DNA of 64,000 bases from Lophium mytilinum (taxonomy: Eukaryota), in assembly GCA_010093605.1 (NCBI GenBank), contig MU004181.1, forward strand, positions 744,001 to 808,000, written 5' to 3'. The position numbers were made by a program, and so were the translations under genes. The notes beneath the pieces were generated by a model, which saw only the letters and a list, made by a program, of their open reading frames with translations, had not been told where the DNA came from and made no database searches. This document shows, piece after piece, positions 1 to 12,406 of the stretch (position 1 is its first letter; each line of letters begins with the position of its first letter).

Positions 1-986
1 CCTCTCTACGATGTTATCTACTGAGATATTCGAGGGACCGCAGACCAGCAACCGTAGCCCCTGCTTCAGCATCTGCAGTATCAACTCGATGAGCGTATGC
101 GTTTTCCCGGTCCCAGGAGGGCCGTGAATGAGCGCGACCTCCCTTGACTCGAGGGCGAAGCGAATGGCGTCTTTCTGGGAGTCGTTGAGCGAAGGGTCTA
201 TCCACTCAACATTTACGGTAGAGAGGTCTGAGGGAACAGGTGTGGGAGAGGAGTGGCCAAAGAGAGTCGAGATGAAAGGCGTCATCTCCGAAGAAGTCAT
301 CTTGAGAAGCTTGTTCATGTTCTGGTTCATCCTACCATAGTATTAGCACACCATACCGACATCCAACCACCTCAAGGCCCCTCTGGCCCACCTCCGGGTT
401 TCGAAAACACACCGTTTATACGTGACATCGTTCGCCAACTTGACCCTGTGTCACAAATCAGCCCTACTCCCACCAAATATCCTCCTCACGGGTGTACATA
501 CACCCAACACCGCCCCCCCAACCCCTCCAACCTCTCCTCCTCCTTCCCATCCCCGGACCCCTTCCCCAACACCACCTCCACCCTCTCCGTCCCCACCTTC
601 CCCACAACCCCCTCAACCCCCCTCTCCTTCAACCCCGTTTTCTCGTTCTTCTTCGCCGCCCCCGCCGGCTGCTCGGAGACGGCTACGATGTCTCCGACCC
701 TGATCCCATGCTCAGGTAAATCCTGACTACCACTACCTTTACCACTACCACTGCTTTTTGTGACAAAGGCGGGGTCGAGGGTTAATTCTACAACGGTTTT
801 GCCGCCGAGCCCGGTGCGTTGGGACGATAGATTTAAGTTGAGGATGGCGAGGCCTGCACGGGCTAGGGTTGACGGCGAGGTGGAGGAGAGGAGGAGTTGG
901 GTTTCGGCGAGTTCGGCATTGAGCTCGGTGGTGAGTAGGGCGAGTTGGGTTGTTGCGAAGGAGGGGATGTCGGTTGGTTCTGGCAT
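1..986 (-). CDS. HCS1: Superfamily-1 helicase Hcs1/IGHMBP2 (SMUBP-2), 5' part; runs off the window start. Exons 986-502, 445-413, 331-<1
   Basis: N-terminus with RTGLGGKTVVEL and LPEHGIRVGDIV. Splicing at GTATGT..CAG and GTGTGT..TAG gives KLANDVTYKRM then LNDSQKDAI..ALIHGPPGTGKT (Q motif and Walker A). Confidence 0.93.
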
Positions 987-1492
987 TTTGGGTAAGTGGA
1001 TGTGGGTAGAGGAGGCAAGGTGTGGTTGTGGTTGAGGTTTGGGAGAGCTTTCGAGGGGAGATGGGAGCTTGGGGAGGAGCGATGCGGGGTGGTGGGGGAT
1101 GTGGATTTTATGGAAGGGGTGGTTTAGAGGGTTTATTCGTGAATAATATTGTCTTGAACCTTTGGAGCTGGGATAGGTTACTATCCGTTTCGTTTCGCTC
1201 CAGCTTCAAAGGAATCTCTCTGCTACAAAAATAGGTTCCTCACCTCTCCCCCGCGTCCCGATCGCCAGGCACCGCCGCACGTCCCCTCCACAAAATCTCG
1301 AGCTCCGAACGTCATCACCCCTGACTAACCATTCACATCCGCTCCATTACACCTCGAGTCCCACCTCACTACCCCTAGAACCATGATCTAAAACCGCGAG
1401 CTTCGCATTCTCAAACTTTCCTCCGCTCACACCCCTTCCCGTCCACACGCATCCTCACACAACTCGGCGCCGAAAAGCCCCAGGGAATCGCC

Positions 1493-2905
1493 ATGCGCAC
1501 CTCGCGCATCGCCCGCGACACCTCCGCCGCGCTGGCTGCGCGCCAATCGCGTCCCCAACCCCAGCCCCGGCAAACGACCCGACAACAGCGGAAGGAGAAG
1601 TTCTACACGGCGGCGCGGGATGCGATGTTGACGGGGTATGTGGAAGGATCAGATTCGGATCCGTATCTGTCTTCGTCTTCGGATGGGGATGAGCTATCGG
1701 AGTTCGAGGAAGAAACATATGGGCACAGGTCTGGGGATGAGGAAGACGAGGACGATCCGGAGGAGAGGGAGGGACGGTGGACAATCGTCGACCCCGCGGA
1801 GCTGGATGGAGGGAGCAAGAAGCGGAAGCGCGGCGAGCAGGCTGAGAGGATTGCGCCGGCGAGGAAGAGAGCGGGAGGTGCTGCGAGCGTGAAAGTTGAG
1901 GTCAAGGAAGACCCGGATATGGGGAAAGAGAACACTACGCCTAAGAGCAAAAACAAGAGCCCACCGAAACCCAAGACCCCCCGCGCGAAGAAACCACCCA
2001 CCAGCGTCCCCACCTTCCCTCCCGCAGATTGGGAAGAGATATACTCTCTCGTGCAAGAGATGCGGGCCACAAAACTCGCCCCCGTCGACACAATGGGCTG
2101 CGAAACCCTCGCCGACCCCACCGTCACCCCGCGCGACCAGCGCTTCCAAACCCTCACCGCGCTGATGCTGTCCAGCCAGACGAAAGACACCGTCACGTCT
2201 GTCGCGATCAAGAACCTGCAGGGCAATCTCCCAGGCGGTTTTAATCTCGAGTCTGTCCTCGCTGTCGAGCCGGAGGTCCTCAACGACTTGATCGGGAAAG
2301 TAGGGTTCCATAATCTGAAGACGAAGTATATTAAGAACACCGCCGAGATACTGAAAGAGGAATGGGGGAGCGATGTCCCGGATAGTATATCGGGTCTTGT
2401 GAGCTTACCGGGGGTCGGACCCAAGATGGCGTATCTTTGTCTTTCTGCGGCGTGGGGTCGCACGGAGGGGATTGGGGTTGATGTGCATGTGCATCGTATC
2501 ACGAACTTGTGGGGGTGGCATAAGACGAATAATCCGGAAGAGACGAGGGCGTGTTTGGAGGCGTGGTTGCCGCAGGAGAAGTGGCATGAGATTAACACGC
2601 TGTTGGTGGGGTTTGGGCAGACGGTGTGTTTGCCGGTGGGGAGGAAGTGTGGGGAGTGTACGCTTGCCGAGAGGGGGTTGTGTAAGAGTGCGGTGGTGGG
2701 GAAGAAGGTGGTGAAGAGGGTGAAGAAGGAGGTGGTGGTGAAGGGTGAGGATGGGGAGGAGGGGGTTGTGGTTAAGGAGGAAGAAGAGGTTGAGGAGAAG
2801 GAGATTACGGCAGAGGAGGTCGAGATCAAGGCTGAGGAGGTCGATGTAGGGGTTGCGGATATCGAAGATCTGGGAAGGGTGCGCAGTACGAGGAGTCGAC
2901 GGTAG
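1493..2905 (+). CDS. NTH1: Endonuclease III-like DNA glycosylase/AP lyase (HhH-GPD, 4Fe-4S)
   Basis: LMLSSQTKD, HhH motif [19 protein letters not shown], Fe-S motif C-x6-C-x2-C-x7-C ([19 protein letters not shown]); single 470-aa ORF. Confidence 0.95.
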   Translation: MRTSRIARDTSAALAARQSRPQPQPRQTTRQQRKEKFYTAARDAMLTGYVEGSDSDPYLSSSSDGDELSEFEEETYGHRSGDEEDEDDPEEREGRWTIVDPAELDGGSKKRKRGEQAERIAPARKRAGGAASVKVEVKEDPDMGKENTTPKSKNKSPPKPKTPRAKKPPTSVPTFPPADWEEIYSLVQEMRATKLAPVDTMGCETLADPTVTPRDQRFQTLTALMLSSQTKDTVTSVAIKNLQGNLPGGFNLESVLAVEPEVLNDLIGKVGFHNLKTKYIKNTAEILKEEWGSDVPDSISGLVSLPGVGPKMAYLCLSAAWGRTEGIGVDVHVHRITNLWGWHKTNNPEETRACLEAWLPQEKWHEINTLLVGFGQTVCLPVGRKCGECTLAERGLCKSAVVGKKVVKRVKKEVVVKGEDGEEGVVVKEEEEVEEKEITAEEVEIKAEEVDVGVADIEDLGRVRSTRSRR

Positions 2906-2949
2906 GTAGTAATGTAAGATACTGTTCATTCTGCTTTCTCTCGTCCAGT

Positions 2950-3245
2950 CTCAGGCAATTGAAATCAGAGTGCTGTTTGACTAATTCCCTCCTGAATAGC
3001 TGAGCTACTCCTTGCAGTGGTGTTGAGTGAGCAAGCTTGAAGCCGATCGGTAACAAGTCTGGGTGCCTAGACTCAGGGCCTGGTACTATCTAGATGTCCA
3101 CTTTCAGACAGTGCAAATCGGACTGCTGTTCGACTCACTACCTCCTGGCTAGCTGGGCTACTCCTCTCAGTGGTGTTGAGTGGGCAAGCTTGAAGCCGAT
3201 CGGTGATGAGTCTGGGCGCCTCGGCTTAGGGCCTGGTACTATGCA
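2950..3245 (+). repeat. Two tandem diverged copies of a 153-bp unit
   Basis: GTGGTGTTGAGT at 3017 and 3170; shared GCAAGCTTGAAGCCGATCGGT and AGGGCCTGGTACTAT; many differences are transitions. Confidence 0.9.
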
Positions 3246-3860
3246 GTGTTTGGAAACCGCATTAGACAAGGTGTTTCTGCGGCGTGTGGGGGGTATGCCA
3301 CAACGTGAAAGATTGTGGCTTGACAGCATCTGTGAGTCGGAATATATTCCAATTCATTCTGCTATCTCCCAACTAATTCGAACAGCAGCTCAGTTGGCTC
3401 AGCGCCACCAACATCCCCTCCAACAGCTATCTTTCATTCAGTGTACGCCCATCTTCCTATCTACTAGTGCTTTCCACTCGTGTTCTTCGTGGAGGAAGTC
3501 GCGACCACATCACCGAAAACGCGCTAGCGTCTTCCTTAACCTCACCTCACAACTTCAACCTGCCCTCTACACTCTCACCCAAACACTTCACAGCGCATCC
3601 GACGACTATCACTGGTGTCACAGAGACGTGTACGGCGGCGTACCCTGCAGCGCCGCAGGCGTGCCAGCAGAACCTCAACTCCATCCCTCTCATTCTGACC
3701 TCCTCGCCCACCACTTCACCAAACCTCCGCCATTCGCAGCCTCCAAACAAGACTATTCACATCGGGCTTGCTGCCGTGAGCCGCTGCTCGTGGGACGCCG
3801 CTGTTAGACTGTCCTCAAGGCAGCGACTAGGCCGGAAATCGCTAGGCCAGATACGTCAAG

Positions 3861-4730
3861 ATGGTGTACGGTCCTGATGGGAAGGTCTTAGAGTAGGTCT
3901 AATCCGGACTCCATTCTCCAACTTTAGTCGGCTAACCCAAGATTAGCCTAGGAACCAAGGTCATCACAATGCGCGTGTGCAGGGAGCTGGATGACTACAA
4001 GGACTTTACTGTGCACGAAAACCTTATCCGCGCACACTCTCCCTTCGTCGACGCCGCGATGCGAGGTGACTGGAAGGAGGCCAGTGAACGGATGGTCAAG
4101 ATGCGGGGGGATCCTGCCTGCTTCCAGCTCTACGTCCAATGGCTATATTCGCGGCAAGTCATCCCCTACCGGAGCAGCACGCCTTGGATGAAAGGGAGTG
4201 ATCGAAGCAGTCCCGCATTCAAGGCATTTGATGAACCATTCACAACTGCATTCGGGTTACTTGTGCGCTCTTGGATCCTCGGCGACTTACTGCAGGATAT
4301 CAACTTCCAAGACGCTACCATGGATGCCTGCGCGGAAATGTGCGATGATAGGACACGGGGCTCCTGGTCTGTACGAATACCTGGTGCACTTGTCAATCAC
4401 GTCTATGCCTATACTACAGAAACATCTCCACTGCGCCTCCTGTTAGTTCACCACGCTATCGTTAACCGCGACACCTGCATCAAAGCCTTCAAAACCGAAG
4501 ACTATCCCAGCCAGTTTCTTACAGATATGGTTGTAGCTAGCTTGAGTCCTGAGATTCTCGATGAATCGGTCAGCTTCGATAACGATATCGTGAATGTTTG
4601 CGAGATGCGGCACTTGCACCGACGGCGGGCATTGGACTGCTACAAGACGAACACCCCGAAGCCGACGGGATGGGGCCTGAAATATGGAGGAGACCCGGAC
4701 CCGGAGGACGGCGAAGGCGGCGTTGCGTAG
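3861..4730 (+). CDS. BTB/POZ-domain protein (expanded fungal family). Exons 3861-3892, 3947-4730
   Basis: FTVHENLIRAHSPFVDAAMRGDWKEA..DPACFQLYVQWLYS is the fungal BTB signature; intron GTAGGT..GCTAAC..TAG joins ATG 3861 in frame. Confidence 0.85.
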
Positions 4731-4858
4731 CATAGGCGTTGTACACTGATCTTCACAAATTCTGAACAATCAGGCATCCTAGCCTCTAGATTGCAACCAT
4801 ATCAATGAACACAATTTATAACCCTTCCTAACTACCTTCAATATACAGTGACAAGCCA

Positions 4859-5056
4859 CAAGTCTGGGTACACGGGTACGCCACTGCTTGGGGTCCCCCG
4901 CATGGATTCGAAGACTCAGGGGTGATGTCAAGCTTCAAACAGTGCAGATTAGACTGCCTCTTGACTAATTGCCTGCTTAGTAGCCAGGGTTCCCCCAACA
5001 GTGGTGTTGGGTTGGCAAGTTGGTGGCATTTCTGTCTTGATCTGAATGCCTAGATC
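4859..5056 (+). repeat. Further, more diverged copy (plus tail of another) of the 153-bp unit
   Basis: CAAGTCTGGGT (4859), AGACTCAGGG, ACAGTGCAGATTAGACTGC, TTGACTAATT, CAGTGGTGTTG (~5000), GCAAG, TGCCTAGA are colinear with 2950-3245. Confidence 0.75.
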
Positions 5057-5304
5057 GTGTCCGATGGCTCATACGCCCGACATTAGGGCTCTAGATTCAG
5101 CGTTCTGCGTACACTACCAATCTACTGAAGTACCCCTGCACAGTTATAAGCCGACCAAACGCTGGAGTAGCAGACGGTGATTCTACTCTCGATATTCTAT
5201 CATATTCCACCAACCTGAAAATTAGCTCAACATATAGGTCTGCGGTAGTATGACTTCAATTCAGGCATGTCTTCTTTTGGATCCCATCTTAGTCTATGCA
5301 GAGG

Positions 5305-5540
5305 TTTTGAGGCGCCCCAAACAGCGGTAAACAGGCCGACTACATGCGCGTGAGCTCTTGCTGATTCGCGCTCTTGAGGCCTTCGAATACCAACGGAAAT
5401 TTTATAATATGCTAAAGCACCTCAAGCAGCGGCAACTAGGCTGACTACATGCACATCAAATCTGTCTGATTTAGGCTCCCACGGCTTGTGAATATTAGCG
5501 GGATTTTTAAAAGGTGTTGAAGTACCTCAAACGGTGGTGA
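5305..5540 (+). repeat. Diverged ~105-bp tandem repeat, about 2.2 copies
   Basis: GACTACATGC at 5338 and 5443; colinear CAGCGG, CTGATT, GAATA blocks; third partial ACCTCAAACGG near 5525. Confidence 0.7.
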
Positions 5541-5865
5541 GCGCGTATGCCCGAACTTCTGGCAAAGCATCCTATCACCGCACTCCATGAATCACCACTA
5601 CAGCATTCGCATCTTGGATATCCTTTTTGTCGTATCGAAGCACTTTTGTATTATTACAGTCTCCCCAGCGCTCACGCTCTAGTGTTACAATTCCCAGTCC
5701 GCAGACCTCTCATCCCCTCACCACATTCCCACACCCATCACCCCCACCGCACCCCCCAGATCTAGCCGCACGCATCTACCACCTCCCCGCAACCGGAACC
5801 TCCCACCACCGCCCCCCAGCCAGCGCCACCCACCCCCCAAAACCCCCCTCCTCCACGCCCAATCC

Positions 5866-7175
5866 TCACGCCCCCCTCACCCTCTTCCTCGCCGGACTCC
5901 TGGGTGGGTCCTTTCCCTCCCCATCTTCCCCTTCTTCCTCCCCCTCCTCCTCCACCCCAGCCAACCCCCCAAACCCCTCAACCTCTCTCTCCCCAAACCC
6001 CCGCTTCCCCGCCGTCCCACCCGGCGTCAACGACCGCTCGCGCGCCAATCTCTGCTTCTCAAGCCGTTGAGTTACTTCATCCGATATATCTTCATATTCT
6101 GCTTGTTCAGCGCTACCACTCACCTCTGCTTCCGGCTCCTGGGTGCGCGCACGTTTCGTGCTGGGGCCACGCTCTGGGGAGTTGTTCTCGATGTCGTTCA
6201 CGTAGCCGGCGGAAGGAGGGGGGCGAGAGGGGGAGCGGGCCTCGACGCTGCGTTTGCTCCCAGTGGCTGGCGGGGGCGTCGGCGTGGTCTTTGGGAGGGG
6301 TTTCGAGGCCGCGACATGCTTGGTGCCGAGGAGTTTGCCGTTCACGACGGCCATGGCGGCGTCGACGGCGGCGGGGGTTTTCATGGTTACGTAGACGAAG
6401 AAGTGGGCGTTGATGGGGGTGGGGGCGGTGACGTAGACGCTGTGGTGAGGTTTAGTGAGGGTTTGGGGGTATTTGCAGAGTTTTAGGGTAAAGAGGGTGT
6501 AGGCATAGTGGAGAAGAAGTAGAAAGAGGGGATCTTACACGGCGGACGGGTCTGGGCAGAGGGCACGGATCTCTCTCGGCGTGACATCGCTGGGGACGCC
6601 CCATACTGCCATCTGGCGCAGCTCACGCAGAGCGAGGTCTTGGCCCTCTGCGGTCCAGTACTCTTCTTCGCTCGGAGGTGGGTTGTTCTCGAAGTACCCG
6701 TTCTGAGCCATATTGTTAGTGAAGGGTGTTTTGGTAGGCGTGAGGTGGAGGTGAGGTTGAAGATGTGGTTGAAGATGAAATGGGTCCTTTGAAAGCTCTA
6801 CATAATGATGAGAAAGAAAGATCAGAAAGCTTACCCACGCGGTCTCCAGCTTCATGAGAGACGTCCTCTGGGACCTCGCAGCTTTCAGGGCATTCTTGGC
6901 CTGCGCGTACACCTCGCCCAGGGCCGGGTCACTAACGTCCCCCTCTGGCTGGGCTTGTTCTTCCAGAAAGGCGATCTGTGCGTCTAGCTCCGCGGCGTAG
7001 TGTTGGATGCGCTGTAGAAGGGGCGTTATGTTAGCTATATCCGCTGTAAGGTCCTGCTAGGAGCAGCGGCGCCATGCAGGGGCAGATTTCCACCGCGAGC
7101 AACAAAACGCGTGCACGAAGCATGAACAGTGGGTAGGCTTACGGGAATAACAGCGGGAACGAGTCTAGGTGCCAT
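5866..7175 (-). CDS. Hypothetical protein with a degenerate RRM and a disordered C-terminus. Exons 7175-7143, 7011-6835, 6702-6539, 6439-5866
   Basis: Three GTAAG..CAG introns (GCTAAC, ACTAAC, ACTAAA branch candidates) keep one frame; RNP2-like MAVWGV and RNP1-like FFVYVTM followed by AAVDAAMAVVNGKLLG. Confidence 0.65.
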
Positions 7176-7763
7176 CTTGCCGCAGATTGTTGATCAAGTG
7201 GAACAAGCAGGAAATTTGCGCGGTTGTTGTAAGACAAAGGGCTGTATCAACACAAGCGCGCCAGAAAAGTCGCGAAATCGGTCCGACTGCTCTAGCGTCG
7301 TCGATCTCCCGTTAGTGCAAAGCTTGATCTTTAAGCGAGAGCACGTGGTGGACCCTTGACCTCTACCTACCTGATATATTCTTGTAACCGGCTTCCAGGT
7401 AGGCTGAATCGGACATCTCGAGATCTCCATTTGACCACTGGTAGAAGGCTTCGAGACCAGTCTGACCCATTCATCAACGTCGCAATCAGAAAGAGAAAGT
7501 GATGCAATTCATACAACCTATAAGCACCAGCTTCACATCGTGATCCTAAATCGCCCATTTTGCCATCTCGATACCATCATAGAATCTACTCACGCATCGC
7601 TAACACGCTGGAACAAGCCAACCCACTCCACTCTAAACTCGCGTCTCCGACCGGGGCAAGATTAACCCACACGCCATATCATCGCTTCTGCTCTATGCTC
7701 ATTTCCAACACCCCTCGTTCCACCTCCCCCGTCTCATGTCCCATATGTGCCACCTTTGTGGCT

Positions 7764-9779
7764 CTATTGCGCCTGGTTCAGCTTGCTAATCCCAACCGTC
7801 ACCCTCTCAACCCCATCCTCTACAAGCGCCAACTCCCCCACGGCCTTCTCCCTGCCCTCGCCCTCGCCCTCTTCGGCTGCTAACTCGCCTCCCTGTTTCA
7901 GCCCCTCCCGAAACACCGCCACGGCTTGTCTTAAAGGCCCTAGAAAGCTGCCACCTACGTCCGCCGTCTCTGTTAAGCCGGCGATGTCCAACGCCTCATG
8001 CAAGAAGGTCGCGCTAAGGAGTAGGTAATAGAAGTTCAGTGTCGCTAAGTAGAAGCCGAGCTCGTTACGGAAGGTAGCCCATGCCTCGCTGATAGGAACA
8101 GGGGGAAGCAGGGTGTGCGAGAGGTCTGGAAACAGGAAGGGTGAGAGGGATGTCAGGGCGATGGGAGTAGCGAAAATGGAGGTTTCGGAGTCTTTCGACT
8201 CTTCGGTCTCTTGGTGTGGATGGGGGTGAGAGTGAGCGGAAGGCGGCATGTTGGCTTCGAGCGTTTCGCCCTTCAGCCACCCAACGGCGGAGGCTTTGAG
8301 GTTCTCGTAGGGGCAGTGCTCGAGGGTGTCGCGGATGAAGGAGAGCCGGACGAGGTCCTCTGGGTGGGAGCGGAGGATGGTCGAGGCGAGGTAGTGGGCG
8401 TGGTAGCGGATCGTCGGGGAGGGCGAATTGGCGGAGATGAGAGTAATGGTTTGAAGGTATTGTGCGAATTCCTCGTCGTCTGATGGCTCGCCGATAGCGT
8501 TTTCTTCGAGTGCGAGTAGACCAAGGCAGAGGACGGCATCCAAGAGGGCTTCAGATTCCAACCCAACATTCGCGGTCCCCGCGGTACCGACGAAGTTCCT
8601 CAGGATCTTTGCGTGCTCCGGGAAGATAGAAATGTCATCCCTCGGCGGTGGTCGTCCATAAAGCACTCTGCCCACGCTCCTAGCGGTAAACAGGTACAGC
8701 GACCCAATCCTTGACAGCGGAATTTCGTTCGCAGAAGCCGGTGGATCACTCTCCTCCCCTGGACTCCCCACCTCCTCCGTCGACTCATCCGTGAAAGTCT
8801 GAAACAGATCCCGCGAATCCAGTCCCAGATCTTGCGCAACTGCGACGAGCTGCCCCACAACCGAACTCCTCCCCTTCAACCCCTCGTCTTTCGAAAACTG
8901 CTCCGCAAAGGTCGGCTTCCCAGGAACGACCTTCCCCGGCTCCAGCTTCTCCATCAACCGACTCGACCACGCAAGCCCCGGCACATCATCCGCCGAGCTC
9001 AACGAAACCACATAATCCTCAATCACATGCGTGACCAGGCTCTGCAGCAGCCGTTCGCTCAGCTTCGTTTCGTCCAACGAGGGGCCCTCACTCTGCGCCT
9101 CCGGATCCGGCTCCGTCTGCTGCGAAGCCGTGCGTTGCAGGATATTCCCACTGCTGACCCGCGGCGGAAGATGCGGCCGCTTCGTCCCCGAAAGCGTCTT
9201 AATGAACTTAACCACCGCAGCCGTAAGCTCATCCATATGCGATTCCGCATTCGAGTAGCTCGCGAGCACGGCTTGCAAGCTAGTCGAGAGAAAGCGGCTG
9301 GGATACTTCGTCTTGACGCGGCGATGCAGCGTCGCGAGCATCGAGAGCAGCGTCTCAAACTGCAGGACTGGCAACGGCAGCTCCTTTTCACCATCTCCAT
9401 CCTCGAGCTTGGTCTTCCTCAGCACCTCTTCCACCGCTATCTCCCCCTCATCTTCCTCTTCGCTTTCTTCTTCTGCTTCTGGGTTTGCGTACTGCATCAA
9501 CCGCAACGCCTCCGTAACCTTCAGGATCACCTCCCGCGGATTCCCTTTCAGCGCAACATCTTGCAAACACTCCTCTGCCGCCGGCAGCAGCGGCAACAGT
9601 AGGTGCACGAGATCCCAGCCGATGTTAGTAGTCAGCGTGGCATCCTGCAGCACCTGGTGCAGCGTTGGCAGTTGCTCGGCAGTCAGATTATACTCGATGA
9701 TAGTGAGATACGTGATGTAGTCTGTAGCGGGTGGCAGGGCCGCCAGAAGCGGATTCGGGGTTGCTTCTTCGCCCGACAT
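7764..9779 (-). CDS. YBP1: Yap1-binding protein Ybp1 / DUF1760 (glomulin/ALF4-like)
   Basis: LPPATDYITYLTI, IGWDLV, GNPREVILKV, IRDTLEHCPYENLK motifs; start placed at MSGEE (9779) rather than the ORF-track start 9947. Confidence 0.85.
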   Translation of the reverse strand: MSGEEATPNPLLAALPPATDYITYLTIIEYNLTAEQLPTLHQVLQDATLTTNIGWDLVHLLLPLLPAAEECLQDVALKGNPREVILKVTEALRLMQYANPEAEEESEEEDEGEIAVEEVLRKTKLEDGDGEKELPLPVLQFETLLSMLATLHRRVKTKYPSRFLSTSLQAVLASYSNAESHMDELTAAVVKFIKTLSGTKRPHLPPRVSSGNILQRTASQQTEPDPEAQSEGPSLDETKLSERLLQSLVTHVIEDYVVSLSSADDVPGLAWSSRLMEKLEPGKVVPGKPTFAEQFSKDEGLKGRSSVVGQLVAVAQDLGLDSRDLFQTFTDESTEEVGSPGEESDPPASANEIPLSRIGSLYLFTARSVGRVLYGRPPPRDDISIFPEHAKILRNFVGTAGTANVGLESEALLDAVLCLGLLALEENAIGEPSDDEEFAQYLQTITLISANSPSPTIRYHAHYLASTILRSHPEDLVRLSFIRDTLEHCPYENLKASAVGWLKGETLEANMPPSAHSHPHPHQETEESKDSETSIFATPIALTSLSPFLFPDLSHTLLPPVPISEAWATFRNELGFYLATLNFYYLLLSATFLHEALDIAGLTETADVGGSFLGPLRQAVAVFREGLKQGGELAAEEGEGEGREKAVGELALVEDGVERVTVGISKLNQAQ

Positions 9780-10309
9780 TGTAACGTGTGGAAGTAGCGA
9801 ACGTGGTGTTTTAGAAGCGCAGGTTTGCCGGGCTGTTCTTAGCAGGCGTGGTTGGGATTTGTTTGGTTGATGTGTCGGGTGATGGGTAGCGGAGTAGTTC
9901 GTTCGTGGGGCAGGCCGCCCACGTGCAACGTCATTGTTGCCAAGCATTGTGGGGATCGGTGCCAGGGATGGTTTTTGAAGTTTCGATGAATATCAGTACA
10001 AGTCGTAGACCAAGGCAGTGTTTAGGGGAGCATTGGTATGTGGAGTATAATGGTGAGGTCTATGATCGGGACAGTCGTCGCCCTTTTAATATTGTACAAG
10101 CCCGCCCAATACTAAATACATCATCAACATCATGGCTGCCAGACCGCTATATGCAAGACATGTGAATATACAAACTTGAAACAGACAAGAAAGTCTAGTT
10201 CTCCTATGAGACATGATGAAGAGCTTGCCCCGAGCTGCACCGCGCCGAAATGAGTATTGTATCCTCAATGGCAATGAGTCCCACAGTTCCAGTGAAGACG
10301 AGTGTCCAA

Positions 10310-12406
10310 TCAAACGCTCGTCCGACTCAGCTCTTCTTCAATCGGGTCATAATCCCCTACGTCCTCTAGAATCCTCTCAATAAGCGTCCTATTTTTCAGC
10401 GCCTGCGCTCTATACCACTCAAACCGCTGTTCGTCCGAAAGATGATGCTCCGGCTCCCTGACCGAAAACTCAATCGTGCCAACATCCTCAATTGTATACT
10501 TGATATGGTCCGGCACACACCACTCCAGCTGGCTGATCAACCTCGGTATCTCGTTGTAGTCACTTTTGAAATTGCGGCGGAGAAACAGGTCGACCCACTT
10601 CCGGACTGTTTTGTGATTGCGTCGTCGCAGCAGCTCAAGCACCTCGACTCTGCGTTCCAGATTTCGGAGACTGAAGGGGTATTTGCCCCTCTTAGCGAGG
10701 TCTTCTGCTTTGGTGAGTTCGAGTAACGCGCCTAGTAGGGCAACCCGTTGGGGACCGAGGAGCTGAGCGCCTTCGACCATATAGTGCACCATGTAGTCCG
10801 TCCATGCACTGCCGTGACGGCCATATTGCTTAACGATGAAGTCATACATGGGGATCGTAGGGGTGATGTTGTAAGGAGGAGAGATCATCGTGTTCCATAT
10901 CTCGGTCACGGTGCCCTCGCGCATCTGCCCCTCTCTTGCTCCAACCTGTTTTCCTTCCCGGTGATGCCGTCCCTTCGAGAGAATGAAAGCCCACTCTAGG
11001 AACAGTGCCCAGATCTTCGCGGAAATTTCGATGCCGTAGCCTCGCGAGATGAGATCTACTAGTTGCATGGCCTGTGGAACGCGGTTGTTGATTCCGAATA
11101 CATGTGCTACCGCGCCAAGAAGCCGCCCGCTTGGATAAATAGGGGAGTCTTTAGGCAGCTGTTTCACTCCGCTATAATCTGCTGGCAAAATTTTCGGAAC
11201 GTTCCATAAGTTCTGAAGGATTTGGAACACACCATCCATATCACCCTCTCTCCCGTATCCCTCGATAAGACGGACAAAAGTTTCCTCGTTGGGGAGGGAT
11301 TCGGTAAACAGCATTTCGCGGAATACAGCATTGACCTGATCTGTGATCCCACCAGGTCCAACTCTGAAGCTTTGAGAAGGGATGTATTGGTTTCTGATGG
11401 CTTTCTCAGAGAGCCCAGTAGAAGCTCTAAGTTTCCTCCACTTTAGAGTGAAAGGCAGCACACGTTCGCGACGTCGGCTTTCGGGTAAATAATGTCGATT
11501 CAGTACTGTGGCTTCCAACAAGTAGTTGTAGCACTGAGTGTCCAGTATTGTGTTGCTGCTTTTCATCTTTACCCATATCGATCTTGCAAGACCTATGCTT
11601 CCCACGGCGGCAGCGCACTTCAACCTTATCCTGTAGTCGTTCAGACTGAGTTCCTGGCCAGTTTGCCTGCGTGCCATGATGATTTTCTCGAACGTGTATG
11701 AAAAATCATTCAGAATCTGCTTAAGTGGTGCAAGCCCCAGCCATTGTTGTGTATTTTCGCTGATTTTCTGATGAATATCCCGGAGGTCAGCGATGAAGAG
11801 TTCGGGGTCAAGGAGGGTAAGGATTTCGGTGAAGGTCGGCCCAGGTATGGAGTGTATGTAGTCGAGATCCGTCAATGCATCCACCATGGCCTGAAGTAGC
11901 AGCTCAGGGTCCTTCGTACGGAGAGCTGTCTCCACACCAACTTGATAATCCATCTTCGGACGATCTGGGAGGTAATGGCGTGGAGGCTTCCGAGCTTCAG
12001 CAAGTTCATCGATTTCGTTTGTGCCGCCCGGGTTGAGCCCGTCTTGCCCAATGCTTCCCATCATCCCATCCCATTTCTCTGGTGCCTGCGAAGCCAGTTG
12101 TGAGTCGGAGGGTCTGCTCGGTTTAGCGGCGTTCTTCAATTCGACCCAATCCTTCACCGCACCATCCGCTGGCAGGTGCTCATCGAACGGAGACAGGGTC
12201 GCCTTGGTCCGCAGCGACTTCCTACGATCCGGTTTCCTGAATTGCTGTTTCGTCGAGTCCAGCGCGACAACGCCGCGGCGCTGCTGAACCCCTTTCAACT
12301 GGCATTGCGGACACGTCCACCTCTTTCTCTTCGCGGACTGGGCAGAGCGGGCTCCAGAGGCAATCCGAGACTCCAGTATCCCGACTCTGGGGAGGAAACT
12401 GCTCAT
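10310..12406 (-). CDS. AEP2: Mitochondrial ATPase expression protein Aep2/Atp13 (PPR-like)
   Basis: PPR-like [11 protein letters not shown] and [21 protein letters not shown]13-like [30 protein letters not shown]; basic N-terminus; first in-frame ATG is 12406. Confidence 0.75.
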   Translation of the reverse strand: MSSFLPRVGILESRIASGARSAQSAKRKRWTCPQCQLKGVQQRRGVVALDSTKQQFRKPDRRKSLRTKATLSPFDEHLPADGAVKDWVELKNAAKPSRPSDSQLASQAPEKWDGMMGSIGQDGLNPGGTNEIDELAEARKPPRHYLPDRPKMDYQVGVETALRTKDPELLLQAMVDALTDLDYIHSIPGPTFTEILTLLDPELFIADLRDIHQKISENTQQWLGLAPLKQILNDFSYTFEKIIMARRQTGQELSLNDYRIRLKCAAAVGSIGLARSIWVKMKSSNTILDTQCYNYLLEATVLNRHYLPESRRRERVLPFTLKWRKLRASTGLSEKAIRNQYIPSQSFRVGPGGITDQVNAVFREMLFTESLPNEETFVRLIEGYGREGDMDGVFQILQNLWNVPKILPADYSGVKQLPKDSPIYPSGRLLGAVAHVFGINNRVPQAMQLVDLISRGYGIEISAKIWALFLEWAFILSKGRHHREGKQVGAREGQMREGTVTEIWNTMISPPYNITPTIPMYDFIVKQYGRHGSAWTDYMVHYMVEGAQLLGPQRVALLGALLELTKAEDLAKRGKYPFSLRNLERRVEVLELLRRRNHKTVRKWVDLFLRRNFKSDYNEIPRLISQLEWCVPDHIKYTIEDVGTIEFSVREPEHHLSDEQRFEWYRAQALKNRTLIERILEDVGDYDPIEEELSRTSV

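Noticed and set aside
1603..2829. 408-aa antisense ORF (and similar long antisense ORFs over YBP1, EDC3, 4HNR and PIF1)
   Set aside because: Mirror frames of real GC-rich genes with biased codon use; low-complexity translations without motifs.
2950..3245. Repeat units as a CRISPR-like array
   Set aside because: Eukaryotic context, long contiguous diverged units, no unique spacers, no cas genes.
3094..3877. ORFs 3094-3807 and 3467-3877
   Set aside because: They overlap the repeat and the BTB leader and have no recognisable domain.
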